Below are positions 47,141 through 56,370 of a stretch of 64,000 nt of DNA, one piece after another. The notes under the pieces were generated by a model, which was not told where the DNA came from, ran no database searches, and saw only the letters and a program-made list of their open reading frames with translations. Position 1 is the first letter of the stretch, and every line of letters begins with the position of its first letter. Both the position numbers and the translations under genes were made by a program. This stretch comes from Deltaproteobacteria bacterium (lineage in GTDB: Bacteria > Myxococcota > Myxococcia > SLRQ01): NCBI GenBank assembly GCA_029210625.1, contig JARGFU010000008.1, positions 138,661-202,660 of the forward strand, in the 5' to 3' direction.

Positions 47141-48344
47141 TGGCAGACCGGCGCCCCCCTCTCACGATCTGATCGTCGTCGGGGGCGGCATCGTGGGCCT
47201 GGCCTGCGCTCACGCGGCGCTGGTGGCCCACCCCGACTGGCGGGTCCTGGTCCTGGAGAAGGAGGCCGAGCTCGCCGCGCACCAGACCGGCCGCAACTCG
47301 GGGGTGATCCACTCGGGGATCTACTACACCCCGGGCTCCGCCAAGGCCCGGCTCTGCCGGGCGGGCCGCGAGCAGCTGATCGACTTCTGCACCGCCGAGG
47401 GCGTGCCCTTCGAGCTCTGCGGGAAGGTGATCGTCGCGGCGTGCCCCGAGGAGCTGCCGGCCCTCGACCTGCTCCTGGCCCGCGGAGAGGAGAACGGCGT
47501 CGACTGCGAGCTGGTCGAGGCGGCCGGCCTCCACGCCCTCGAGCCCCACGCCGGGGGGCTGGCCGCCCTCCACGTGCGGGACGCGGGCATCGTCGACTTC
47601 GGTCAGGTGGCCCGGAAGCTCGCCGAGAAGATCGAGGCCGCCGGTGGCGAGATCCGCCGGAGCTGCGCGGTCACCTGCCTGATCGCGGCGAGCCCCGAGG
47701 CGGCGGCGGTCTACCTCGATGACGGCAGCCTCCTGCGCGCAAGCCGGGCCATCGCCTGCGCCGGCCTCCACTCGGACCGGCTGGCCGAGAAGAGCGGCCT
47801 CTCGAGCCCGGTGCGGATCGTCCCCTTCCGGGGCGAGTACCACGAGCTCAAGCCCACCGCGGCCGCCTGGGTGAAGGGCCTGATCTACCCCGTGCCCGAT
47901 CCCCGCTACCCCTTCCTGGGGGTGCACCTCACCCGCCACATCGACGGCCGGGTCTCCTGCGGGCCCAACGCGGTGCTGGCCTGGGCCCGGGAGGGCTACC
48001 GGCGGGGCGCCTTCTCCCTGCGGGACGCCACCGAGAGCCTCCGCAGCCGGGGGCTGCGCCGGCTCATGCGCCAGAACCTGCGCACGGGCCTCGCCGAGCT
48101 GCGCCGCTCCTACTCGCGGCGGCGCTTCGCCGCGGACGCCGCGAGGCTCCTGCCGGGGCTGAAGGCGTCGGATCTGCGGCCCGGCCGCCCGGGGATCCGG
48201 GCGCAGGCCCTCCTCCCCGACGGGCGCCTGGCCGACGACTTCGTGATCCTGAGCGACGGCCCCGTCACGCACGTCCTCAACGCCCCCTCCCCGGCCGCGA
48301 CGGCTTCCCTCGCCATCGGAGCGCACATCGCCGGTATGCTGTAG
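47127..48344 (+). CDS. FAD-dependent oxidoreductase, L-2-hydroxyglutarate oxidase (LhgO)-like.
   Basis: IVVGGGIVGLACA is a GxGxxG motif. NSGVIHSGIYY is the LhgO/L2HGDH signature. GTG start overlaps the ACAD gene by 14 nt. Confidence 0.75.
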   Translation: MPDFDGRPAPPSHDLIVVGGGIVGLACAHAALVAHPDWRVLVLEKEAELAAHQTGRNSGVIHSGIYYTPGSAKARLCRAGREQLIDFCTAEGVPFELCGKVIVAACPEELPALDLLLARGEENGVDCELVEAAGLHALEPHAGGLAALHVRDAGIVDFGQVARKLAEKIEAAGGEIRRSCAVTCLIAASPEAAAVYLDDGSLLRASRAIACAGLHSDRLAEKSGLSSPVRIVPFRGEYHELKPTAAAWVKGLIYPVPDPRYPFLGVHLTRHIDGRVSCGPNAVLAWAREGYRRGAFSLRDATESLRSRGLRRLMRQNLRTGLAELRRSYSRRRFAADAARLLPGLKASDLRPGRPGIRAQALLPDGRLADDFVILSDGPVTHVLNAPSPAATASLAIGAHIAGML

Positions 48345-48365
48345 CTCTCTCGAAAGGAGAGCACG

Positions 48366-49205
48366 ATGGGGATCCTGGGCAGGAGCGACGGAGTCCGGCC
48401 GAAGCGCGAGCACGTGCTGCGCAAGATCATGCCTCACCTGATGCCGACGCGGACCGAGGCGATCGTCTACTTCGATCAGGAGATCCCGATCACGGGCACG
48501 CGCGCCTACCTGGCACAGCACGAGGAGGTGAACCTCTTCCAGGTCATCCTGGCGGCGATGGCCCGGGCCCTGGCCGAGCGGCCGGGGCTCAACCGCTTCG
48601 TCGCCGGCCGGAAGATCTACCAGCGCGAGGAGGTCGCGATCTCCTTCGCGGTGAAGAAGCAGTTCTCGGACAAGGCCAAGCTCACGACCGTGAAGGTGAT
48701 CTTCGAGGCCGAGGACACCCTCGCGAAGGTCGGCGAGCGGGTGAAGGAGGCCGTCGGCGTGGGCAAGGCGGAGAAGGACACCTCCTCCGAGAAGGAGATG
48801 AACCTCGCCAGCTACCTGCCTCGCTCGCTCATCCGCTTCTTCGTCTGGTTCCTGCGGGTGGCCGACTACTGGGGGTTGATCCCGGGGGCGATGCTCAAGA
48901 ACGACCCCCTCTACGCCAGCCTCTTCGTGGCGAACCTCGGCAGCGTCGGCCTCGACGCCGCCTACCACCACCTCTTCGAGTACGGCACGGTCCCCCTCTT
49001 CGCCGTCGTCGGGAAGACGAAGAAGGTCCCCTACGTGAAGGAGGACGACACCGTCGGCGTGCGCGAGGTGGTGCCGATCCGCTACACCTTCGACGAGCGG
49101 ATCAACGACGGCTTCTACTGCGTGAAGAGCCTGGAGAACATGGCTCGATATGTCGAGCAGCCCGAGTTGCTCGAGGCACCCGGAGCTGCTGGGTCGATCG
49201 ACTGA
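48366..49205 (+). CDS. 2-oxoacid-dehydrogenase E2 catalytic-domain-like (CAT-fold) acyltransferase.
   Basis: Strong SD AAGGAGAG upstream. YTFDERINDGFY aligns to the E2 DHRxxDG catalytic motif, but with Glu in place of the His. The fold assignment is by eye. Confidence 0.55.
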   Translation: MGILGRSDGVRPKREHVLRKIMPHLMPTRTEAIVYFDQEIPITGTRAYLAQHEEVNLFQVILAAMARALAERPGLNRFVAGRKIYQREEVAISFAVKKQFSDKAKLTTVKVIFEAEDTLAKVGERVKEAVGVGKAEKDTSSEKEMNLASYLPRSLIRFFVWFLRVADYWGLIPGAMLKNDPLYASLFVANLGSVGLDAAYHHLFEYGTVPLFAVVGKTKKVPYVKEDDTVGVREVVPIRYTFDERINDGFYCVKSLENMARYVEQPELLEAPGAAGSID

Positions 49206-49208
49206 GGG

Positions 49209-49598
49209 TCAGTGAGTCCAGCGGGCGCCGGCGCCCGACTCGGCCTCGTCGGCCTCGAGGCCGTGGGACATCACGAAGTGGAAGATCGGCTCGGCGTCGG
49301 CGGTGGGCGGGACGAGCTCGAAGAGGAACTCGTCGCTGCGGTCCCCGGGCCTGGCCTGCACGTAGGCGACCTCCGAGGGGTGCAGCACCAGCTCGGCCTG
49401 GATGCGCTTCCCCCGGATCACCTGCACCAGGTAGGTGTCGTCGTCCTCGATGCCGAAGTGCCAGTGCAGGTCGTCGTCGTCGAAGACGATGGCCGAGGCC
49501 GAGCCGGCGCGCAGCACGCAGTTGAGGTGCAGCTGCAGCCAGTTCCAGAAGGTCTGGAAGGGATGGGTCTCGAGCGAGGTGCCGACGCCTTCGGACAT
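49209..49598 (-). CDS. Hypothetical protein.
   Basis: The 129 aa product is non-repetitive and rich in acidic and aromatic residues (FWNWLQLHL, DDDDLHWHFGIEDDD). No domain recognised. Confidence 0.45.
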   Translation of the reverse strand: MSEGVGTSLETHPFQTFWNWLQLHLNCVLRAGSASAIVFDDDDLHWHFGIEDDDTYLVQVIRGKRIQAELVLHPSEVAYVQARPGDRSDEFLFELVPPTADAEPIFHFVMSHGLEADEAESGAGARWTH

Positions 49599-49788
49599 GT
49601 GCCCTTCCTAGCGCCCCGACCCCTCCTTTGGCAATCGACCCGAGCTCCCCTGGAACCACCGGGGTCCAGGCGAAAAACTGGACGGCCGCGGATTCTACGT
49701 TACGGTCGACTCGCAGGTCGCCGGTGGGTCCGGCGAGCCGCCTCTCCTACCTGAAGCTGGAAGTCGCTGAACCCTCGAGGAGGTTCCC

Positions 49789-50115
49789 ATGTTCTTGGCC
49801 GTGAGCAGCAAGAAGGATCGCCGTCGTCTCCCCCGGATGCGCCTCGGGTGCGTGATGGAGTACCGGATCGAGGGCACCGAGGAGGTGGTCGAGGGCTACG
49901 CCAAGACCGTCAGCGGTGGCGGCCTCTCCTTCGAGAGCGACCGCGCCCTGGAGCCGGGCACCCTCGTCGAGATCAAGGTCGACCCGCCCCTGCGCCTGAC
50001 CAACGCCCTCACCGGCGTGATCGAGGTGACGCGCTGCGAGCCGATCGACACCGGCCGCGGCATGCCCTACGCGGTCGCCGGCGACTTCAAGAAGATCGGC
50101 TCGGCGGCCGGTTGA
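49789..50115 (+). CDS. PilZ-domain (c-di-GMP-binding) protein.
   Basis: KDRRRLPR matches the RxxxR motif. KTVSGGGLSF matches the D/NxSxxG motif. The product is 108 aa. Confidence 0.7.
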   Translation: MFLAVSSKKDRRRLPRMRLGCVMEYRIEGTEEVVEGYAKTVSGGGLSFESDRALEPGTLVEIKVDPPLRLTNALTGVIEVTRCEPIDTGRGMPYAVAGDFKKIGSAAG

Positions 50116-50163
50116 TCACGCTGGCGCTGTTGATCGCGCGCTATCTGTCCCGGCGCGTCAGCG

Positions 50164-52821
50164 CTACTGGATGAAGCGCGCGTAGGCGGCGGTCACCTCG
50201 TCGAGCGACTGCAGGGTCGCTCCCGTGGCCGCCGTCAGGGACTGGTAGTCCCCGGCCGTCAGCTCCAGCACGCTGATGGTCACCTGCAGCGGGCTGGCCG
50301 CCGGATCGTCCATGCCGGAGGGCGGCGCGGGCAGCACCCAGTTGCCGCCGGTCTGCGGGCCGTAGATGATCCAGGCCCGGCCGGCAGCGGCGACCCGCTC
50401 CCGGTGGAGGTCGGCGCCGCTGGCGTTCTCTGCCGCCAGGGTCCGGGTGCCGGCCGCGAAGGCGGTCGCCTCCGGGAAGGCCAGGAAGGGATCGAGGGCC
50501 ACGTCGGTGGGCAGGTTGGAGGCCGTCAGCACCCGGGCCGAGGCCTGGGTCGGCATGTCGAAGCCGCCGCCGCCGCCGGAGGTCGAGGCGGCCATCGCCA
50601 GCAGCTGGTACTGCCCCACCTCGAGGCCGCCGTAGACCGGCGTGAGGCGCATGGTCACGGGCGGAGCCTCGGTGTCGCCGGTGTTCTCGAGCTCGGTGGC
50701 CGAGAGGCCCAGCGGGGTCAGGCCCAGCCGCCCGCTGCGCACGCCGGCCAGCAGGATCACGGTGTCGGTGGGGGCGCCGGCCAGGGTGGGCATCGGCGCC
50801 GGATCCACGTGGAGGCGCAGGGTCTGGGCCTGGGCGGGCGTGAGGGTCCGGCGGGGGAAGGCGTTCCAGTCCGGGACCAGCTCGGTGGTGTTGCCGTCGC
50901 CGTCGATGTCGGCGGTGTCGACGATGGTGGCCTGAGAGGAGACCAGGACCCGCGGCTCGAGGCCGTGCTCGAAGAGGCCGAAGAGGGGGAGGATGCCGGC
51001 GAGGGTGCCCGCCGCGCCGCCGCCGCCCTGGAAGCGGTCGAAGCCGACCTTGCCGCCGAAGGCCCAGACCGCCCGCAGGCCGGGCTCACCCCGGGCGTAC
51101 CAGGTGGTCTTCAGCTGGATGGGGAAGCCCCCGAAGGAGGCCTCGGCGGTCATGCCGCCGGGCAGGGGCATCTGCTGCCCGAGGCCCGGGATGGTGACCA
51201 CGAAGGTGTCACCCATCACCGCGCCGAGATCGAGGTCCGAGAGGCTCTGCCCGAAGGAGGCGCCCGCCAGGCCGACCGAGGCGTCGCCGGTGGTGGTCAC
51301 CTGGGCGTAGGAGATGCTGCCGGTGAGGCCGGCCACCAGGCCGGTGTTCGACTGCGGGGGCAGGGGCACCACCAGATCGTCGGCGGTGACCCCGAAGAGG
51401 CTCACGTAGTCGTGGGCGTCGTCGTAGACGTGCACGTTGGCCGGGAAGGAGCTCATCGTGAAGCGGGCCACGCCGGTGGCGTCCACGGTGGCCTCCAGGG
51501 CGCTGCTGGAAGAAGGCTCCACCTGCACCGTGGCGGTGGACACCGGATCGCCCGTGTCGCCGTCGAGGACGGTCACCCGGAAGTCGCCGCCGAGGGGATC
51601 GAGGAGGATGAAGTCGACGGTGTCGGACTGGCCGCCCGAGGCCGCCGTGATCGTGGCCGCGCCCGGCGTGCTGCCGCCGGTCACGGTGCCCGCCGCGTCG
51701 ACGTCCACGCTGCCGGTGGCGTTGCTCGCCCAGGTGACGATGGCGCCCGGGATGGCGTCGCCGTTGCCGTCGTAGACCACGGCGATCAGGCCGCGGCTCT
51801 CCCCCGGCAGGAGGACGCCGCCCGGCGAGAGGATCGCCACCCGGTCCACGGCGGCGCCGCCGCCCTCGGTGACGCAGGTGCCGCCCACGCAGACCTCGGT
51901 GGCCGCGCAGTCGGCCGGGCCCCGGCAGACGCCGGGCACGCAGAGGCCGCCCACGCAGTCGAAGGTGGCGCCGCAGTCGGCGCGGGTGGTGCAGCCGGTA
52001 GCCTCGAAGCAGAAGTTCTGGTCGCAGAACTCGCCGGCCTGGCAGTCGATGTCGACCACGCAGGAGGGGCGCGCGACGCAGTACTCGTTGCCGGCCGTGC
52101 AGTCGTAGCCCGGCGGGCAGTCGGCAGGCAGGCCGCACCACTCACCGAAGGTGCAGTCCGTGTCGGCGGTGCAGGGGGTGATGCCCTGGCAGCGGCCGTG
52201 GTCGGCGCTGTCGCAGATCACGTTGCTGCCGGAGCAGTCGGCCAGGGTGGCGCACTCGGCGGGGTGACAGATGCCGCCCATGCCCTGCAGGTCGCAGATG
52301 GTGCCGGCCGGGCAGCCGTTGTCGGAGAGGCAGCGGGGGCTGCAGTGCCCCGCCTCGCAGGCCCAGGCCTGGGCCGGGCTGCCGCAGTCGCCGTCCTGGG
52401 CGCAGGCCTCGACGCAGACGCCCGCGTCGCAGACCCGCGCGCCCGGGCAGTCGGCGTCGGCGGCGCAGGAGGGCGAGGCGACGCAGACGTTGTCCACGCA
52501 GATCTCGCCGGGATCGCAGCCGTCGTCGGCCGTGCACTCCGGAGGGGTGGTGTCGGGGACGCAGGCTCCGGTGGCGTCGCAGACCTCGCCGGTCTGGCAG
52601 GATGCGTCCTCGAGGCAGGCGCAGGTGCCGTGGCGGCACTCGAAGCCGGTCTGGCAGCCGGGATCGCAGATCACCGCCTCGCAGAAGTCGGCGACGCAGC
52701 GCTGGTCGTTGGGGCAGTCGGCGTTACCGGTGCAGGAGACCGCGTCGGTCTCGCTGGGGCAGCCGGAGGCGAAGGGGACCAGCAGGGTCAGACCGAGGGT
52801 CAGGGCGAGCAGCGAGCGCAT
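50164..52821 (-). CDS. Large surface lipoprotein with N-terminal Myxococcus-type cysteine-rich repeats and C-terminal beta-rich domains.
   Basis: [21 protein letters not shown] has a lipobox. About 25 repeats of the CxxGxxC / C..D..C type run from residue ~25 to ~370. The remaining ~500 aa is Ig/beta-sandwich-like. Confidence 0.7.
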   Translation of the reverse strand: MRSLLALTLGLTLLVPFASGCPSETDAVSCTGNADCPNDQRCVADFCEAVICDPGCQTGFECRHGTCACLEDASCQTGEVCDATGACVPDTTPPECTADDGCDPGEICVDNVCVASPSCAADADCPGARVCDAGVCVEACAQDGDCGSPAQAWACEAGHCSPRCLSDNGCPAGTICDLQGMGGICHPAECATLADCSGSNVICDSADHGRCQGITPCTADTDCTFGEWCGLPADCPPGYDCTAGNEYCVARPSCVVDIDCQAGEFCDQNFCFEATGCTTRADCGATFDCVGGLCVPGVCRGPADCAATEVCVGGTCVTEGGGAAVDRVAILSPGGVLLPGESRGLIAVVYDGNGDAIPGAIVTWASNATGSVDVDAAGTVTGGSTPGAATITAASGGQSDTVDFILLDPLGGDFRVTVLDGDTGDPVSTATVQVEPSSSSALEATVDATGVARFTMSSFPANVHVYDDAHDYVSLFGVTADDLVVPLPPQSNTGLVAGLTGSISYAQVTTTGDASVGLAGASFGQSLSDLDLGAVMGDTFVVTIPGLGQQMPLPGGMTAEASFGGFPIQLKTTWYARGEPGLRAVWAFGGKVGFDRFQGGGGAAGTLAGILPLFGLFEHGLEPRVLVSSQATIVDTADIDGDGNTTELVPDWNAFPRRTLTPAQAQTLRLHVDPAPMPTLAGAPTDTVILLAGVRSGRLGLTPLGLSATELENTGDTEAPPVTMRLTPVYGGLEVGQYQLLAMAASTSGGGGGFDMPTQASARVLTASNLPTDVALDPFLAFPEATAFAAGTRTLAAENASGADLHRERVAAAGRAWIIYGPQTGGNWVLPAPPSGMDDPAASPLQVTISVLELTAGDYQSLTAATGATLQSLDEVTAAYARFIQ

Positions 52822-53042
52822 CTTGGACTTCCTCCCATGACCGGTCCGTCCTGGCTCCCGCGCACCCTCCCAAAGGGCGGCGCATCGCCGGACCGGCGAG
52901 CCCCTCGGTAGCACAGGCCTCCCGCCCCGGAGAAGCGCCGCCACCAAACGTAAGCGGCGCTGCCCTGGTGAGCCTCGACACGGTGCGTCAAGGATCCTCC
53001 CCGGTTGAACGGGGACCCGGCCCTGTGCCAGCATCCGCCGCC

Positions 53043-53786
53043 ATGAGCACGAAACTGGTACTGCTTCGGCACGGGCAGAGTGAGTGGAACCTCGAGAATC
53101 GCTTCACCGGCTGGACCGACGTGGGGCTGACCGAGCTGGGCGTGGAGGAGGCGAGGCAGGCCGGCCGCCTGCTGAAGGAGGAGGGCTTCGACTTCGACGT
53201 CGTCCACACCTCCCTGCAGCGGCGCGCGATCCTCACCATGGTCGAGTGCCTCTCCGAGATGGACCGGCTCTGGCTGCCGGTGCAGCGCCACTGGCGCCTC
53301 AACGAGCGGCACTACGGTGCGCTCCAGGGGCTCAACAAGAAGGAGACCGCCGAGAAGCACGGCGAGGAGCAGGTGCACGTCTGGCGGCGCAGCTACGACA
53401 TCCCGCCCCCGGCCCTGGAGCCCGAGGACGAGCGGCACCCGAAGCACGACCGGCGCTACGCCTTCCTGACCCCCGACGTCCTGCCGGCAACCGAGTGCCT
53501 CAAGGACGTGGTCGAGCGGATGCTCCCCTACTGGCACGATCACATCGTCCCGCAGCTGCGCGCCGGCCAGCGGCCCCTGATCGTCGCCCACGGCAACTCC
53601 CTGCGGGCGCTGGTGAAGCACCTCGACGGCATCTCCGACGAGGAGATCCCGGGGCTCAACATCCCGACCGGGATCCCCCTCCTCTACGAGCTGGACGAGG
53701 ACCTGCGGCCCATCTCGCACCGCTACCTCGGCGACCCCGAGGCCGCGAAGAAGGCCGCCAAGGCCGTCGCCAACCAGGCGAAGTAG
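53043..53786 (+). CDS. gpmA: 2,3-bisphosphoglycerate-dependent phosphoglycerate mutase.
   Basis: [12 protein letters not shown] is the RHG phosphohistidine motif. The segments RFTGWTDV and ERHYGALQG are present. The product is 247 aa. Confidence 0.92.
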   Translation: MSTKLVLLRHGQSEWNLENRFTGWTDVGLTELGVEEARQAGRLLKEEGFDFDVVHTSLQRRAILTMVECLSEMDRLWLPVQRHWRLNERHYGALQGLNKKETAEKHGEEQVHVWRRSYDIPPPALEPEDERHPKHDRRYAFLTPDVLPATECLKDVVERMLPYWHDHIVPQLRAGQRPLIVAHGNSLRALVKHLDGISDEEIPGLNIPTGIPLLYELDEDLRPISHRYLGDPEAAKKAAKAVANQAK

Positions 53787-53817
53787 GGGTGGAAGACCGT
53801 CCCGGCTCAGCCGGTGC

Positions 53818-55158
53818 TCAGGCGGAGGCCGCCCCGGGCTTCCTCCGCCGGCGCCGCCGGCTCCCGCCTGCGCCGCCACCACCGCCGCCGCTCCTCCTCT
53901 GGCCAGGCCGGCCCGCAGCCTTCGGGCTCCGGCCCCCGCTCCCCTGGCCCCGCCGCGCCCCCGGGCGCCCGGTCGGACGGCCGCCGCGGCCGCCGCCGCT
54001 CTTCTTCACGTCCCGCGACTCGGCCTCCTCCTCGAAGCCCTCGGCCCGGCGGCGCGGGATCTTCTCGCCGATCATCTTCTCGGTGGCGCGCAGCCAGCCG
54101 TGGTCGACGCCGGTGACGAAGGTGCTGGCCTCGCCGGAGAGCTCGGCGCGCCCGGTGCGGCCGATGCGGTGGGTGTAGGCTTCGGGGGTGTTGGGCACGT
54201 CGTAGTTGATGACGTGGGAGACCCCGCTGACGTCGATGCCGCGGGCCACGATGTCGGTGGCCACCAGCACGTCGAACTCGCCCTCACGGAAGCCGCGCAT
54301 GGCGCGGTCGCGCTGCCCCTGGCTCATGTTGCCCTGCAGGCCCACCGCCCGGTGGCCGGCCCGGTCGAGCTGCTGGGCGAGCCGCCGGGCCCGGTGCTTG
54401 GTGCGGGTGAAGACGATGGCGCTCTCGCAGCCGGGCGCGTCGAGCAGGTGCTCCAGCAGGTCCCGCTTGTGGTCCTCGGCGATGAGGTAGAGGCCGTGGT
54501 CGACGGTCTCGGCCGGCGCCGAGCGGTTCAGCTCGACCACCTCGGGATCCCGCAGGAGGTCGTCGGCGAGGTGGCGGATCTCCTTGGGCATGGTCGCCGA
54601 GAAGAGGAGGTTCTGCCGGCGATCGGGCATCGGCATCATCAGCTTGCGGATGTCCGGCAGGAAGCCCATGTCGAACATGTGGTCGGCCTCGTCGAGGACG
54701 AGGGTCTCGATCCGGTCGAGCTTGAGGACCCCCTGACCGACGAGGTCGAGCATCCGGCCCGGGCAGCCCACGACGATGTCGGGCCGACGCGCCAGGGCGT
54801 TGATCTGCCGCTTCATCGAGAAGCCCCCGTAGATGGTGATCACCGACAGCGGCGTGAAGGCCGAGAGGGTCTTCATCTCGGCGGCGATCTGGGTGGCCAG
54901 CTCGCGGGTGGGAGCGATGATCGTCGCCCGGGGCCCGTGGGTGGTCTTGCGCCCCCCCTCGAGGAGGCGGTGCATCAGGGGCAGCGCGAAGGCTGCGGTC
55001 TTGCCGGTGCCGGTCTGGGCCAGACCCAGCACGTCGCGGCCCTCGAGGCTGGCCGGGATGGTCTCGGCCTGGATCGGGCGAGGGGCCTCGAAGCCGGCCT
55101 CGCGCACGCCGCGCAGGAGGGAGTCGTGGAGGCCGAAGGCCTCGAAGGAGAGGGACAT
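53818..55158 (-). CDS. DEAD-box ATP-dependent RNA helicase with an Arg/Gly-rich C-terminal tail.
   Basis: The Q-motif is GFEAPRPIQ. Walker A is AQTGTGKT. PTRELA is motif Ia. DEAD (VLDEADHM), SAT and HRIGRTGR are present. The tail reads GGGRGGRPTGRPGARRGQG. The upstream part of the listed ORF is unsupported. Confidence 0.92.
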   Translation of the reverse strand: MSLSFEAFGLHDSLLRGVREAGFEAPRPIQAETIPASLEGRDVLGLAQTGTGKTAAFALPLMHRLLEGGRKTTHGPRATIIAPTRELATQIAAEMKTLSAFTPLSVITIYGGFSMKRQINALARRPDIVVGCPGRMLDLVGQGVLKLDRIETLVLDEADHMFDMGFLPDIRKLMMPMPDRRQNLLFSATMPKEIRHLADDLLRDPEVVELNRSAPAETVDHGLYLIAEDHKRDLLEHLLDAPGCESAIVFTRTKHRARRLAQQLDRAGHRAVGLQGNMSQGQRDRAMRGFREGEFDVLVATDIVARGIDVSGVSHVINYDVPNTPEAYTHRIGRTGRAELSGEASTFVTGVDHGWLRATEKMIGEKIPRRRAEGFEEEAESRDVKKSGGGRGGRPTGRPGARRGQGSGGRSPKAAGRPGQRRSGGGGGGAGGSRRRRRRKPGAASA

Positions 55159-55488
55159 GTTCTGCTCTTTTCGCTGAAAGGGGTTTCCGACCCACACAAC
55201 AGCGAAGGGCAAGAAGTCGATCTCGAAGCGGCGCACCCCGGTGATCTCCCGAGGCTCTGTTGTTCGCCGGGCCGCCGGGGAAGAACACCGACGACGAGGG
55301 CTATCTAGCCCGCCCGGACGGAAAGCGCCAGCTTTCTCTGGAGGGATGAGGGGCTGGCGCGAGCGGAGAGAGACCCTACCTTGGCTCTCGAGACCGGCGG
55401 GCCTCGGACCCGTCAGACGATCGGGAGGTCGGACGACCCCTCCTCCCGAACGTCGTTCCTGGAACCCGCACCCCATCGCGAGGAAGCC

Positions 55489-56370
55489 ATGAAGTACAAA
55501 TCCGTCCCCATCCTCATCATCGCCATCCTGCTCGCCGCCTGGGTGGGCTCCTGCAGCTTCAAGTCGGTGCCGGTGGGCCACGTGGCGGTGGCCACGATCT
55601 TCGGCGAGGTGGTGCCCGAGGGCTACGAGTCGGGCCTGCACTTCCCGGTGAACCCCCTCTACAACTGGACCCTCTACGACTCCCGGAAGGACACCTACAT
55701 GGAGTCCGCCGAGGTGCCGAGCCAGGACCAGCTCACCACCCAGATCGACGTCTCGGTGCAGTACCGCCTCGACTCGAAGATGGCGCCCCAGATCCTGGCC
55801 GAGTCGGGCACCAAGGAGCGCGCCATCAACGTCCACCTCACGCCCAAGCTGCGCTCGCTGCTGCGGGAGCAGGGCAAGTCGATCAAGCGGGCCGAGGACT
55901 TCTTCCTCAAGGAGACCCAGGAGCAGCTCCAGACGAAGATCAAGTCCGAGCTGGTCTCCTTCCTGGGCCCGAAGGGGCTGGTGGTCGAGGACGTGCTGAT
56001 CCGCGACATCAAGCTGCCGGCCTTCATCACCAAGGCCATCGAGCAGAAGAAGGAGCGGGAGCAGGCCGCCGAGAAGCAGAAGGCCGAGCTCGCCCGCTTC
56101 AAGACCGAGCAGGAGCAGAAGATCGCCACCGCCGAGGCCGAGCGCCGCGCCGCCGAGGAGCAGGCCGCCAAGCAGCGGGTGCTCGCCGACGCGCGGGCCT
56201 ACGAGATCCAGAAGATCAACGAGGCGACGGCCCGCAACCCGGCCTACATCCAGCTGCAGGCCCTCGACGCCCTCAAGGCCATCTCCAAGGATCCGGCCTC
56301 GAAGGTCTACTTCATCGACTCGGACAGCACCAAGCCGCTGCCCCTGATGCACATGGGCGAGGGCAACTAG
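55489..56370 (+). CDS. SPFH/band-7 (prohibitin/HflK-like) domain protein with an N-terminal anchor/lipobox and a coiled-coil tail.
   Basis: MKYKSVPILIIAILLAAWVGSC anchors the protein. The SPFH core includes VGHVAVATIFGEVV and TQIDVSVQYRL. A coiled-coil segment rich in E, Q, K and A follows. Confidence 0.8.
   Translation: MKYKSVPILIIAILLAAWVGSCSFKSVPVGHVAVATIFGEVVPEGYESGLHFPVNPLYNWTLYDSRKDTYMESAEVPSQDQLTTQIDVSVQYRLDSKMAPQILAESGTKERAINVHLTPKLRSLLREQGKSIKRAEDFFLKETQEQLQTKIKSELVSFLGPKGLVVEDVLIRDIKLPAFITKAIEQKKEREQAAEKQKAELARFKTEQEQKIATAEAERRAAEEQAAKQRVLADARAYEIQKINEATARNPAYIQLQALDALKAISKDPASKVYFIDSDSTKPLPLMHMGEGN

Noticed and set aside
50404-52911. 835-aa plus-strand ORF.
   Set aside because: It is antisense to the Cys-rich repeat lipoprotein. 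The repeats keep the reverse frame open, but the product is Gly/Ala/Arg low complexity.
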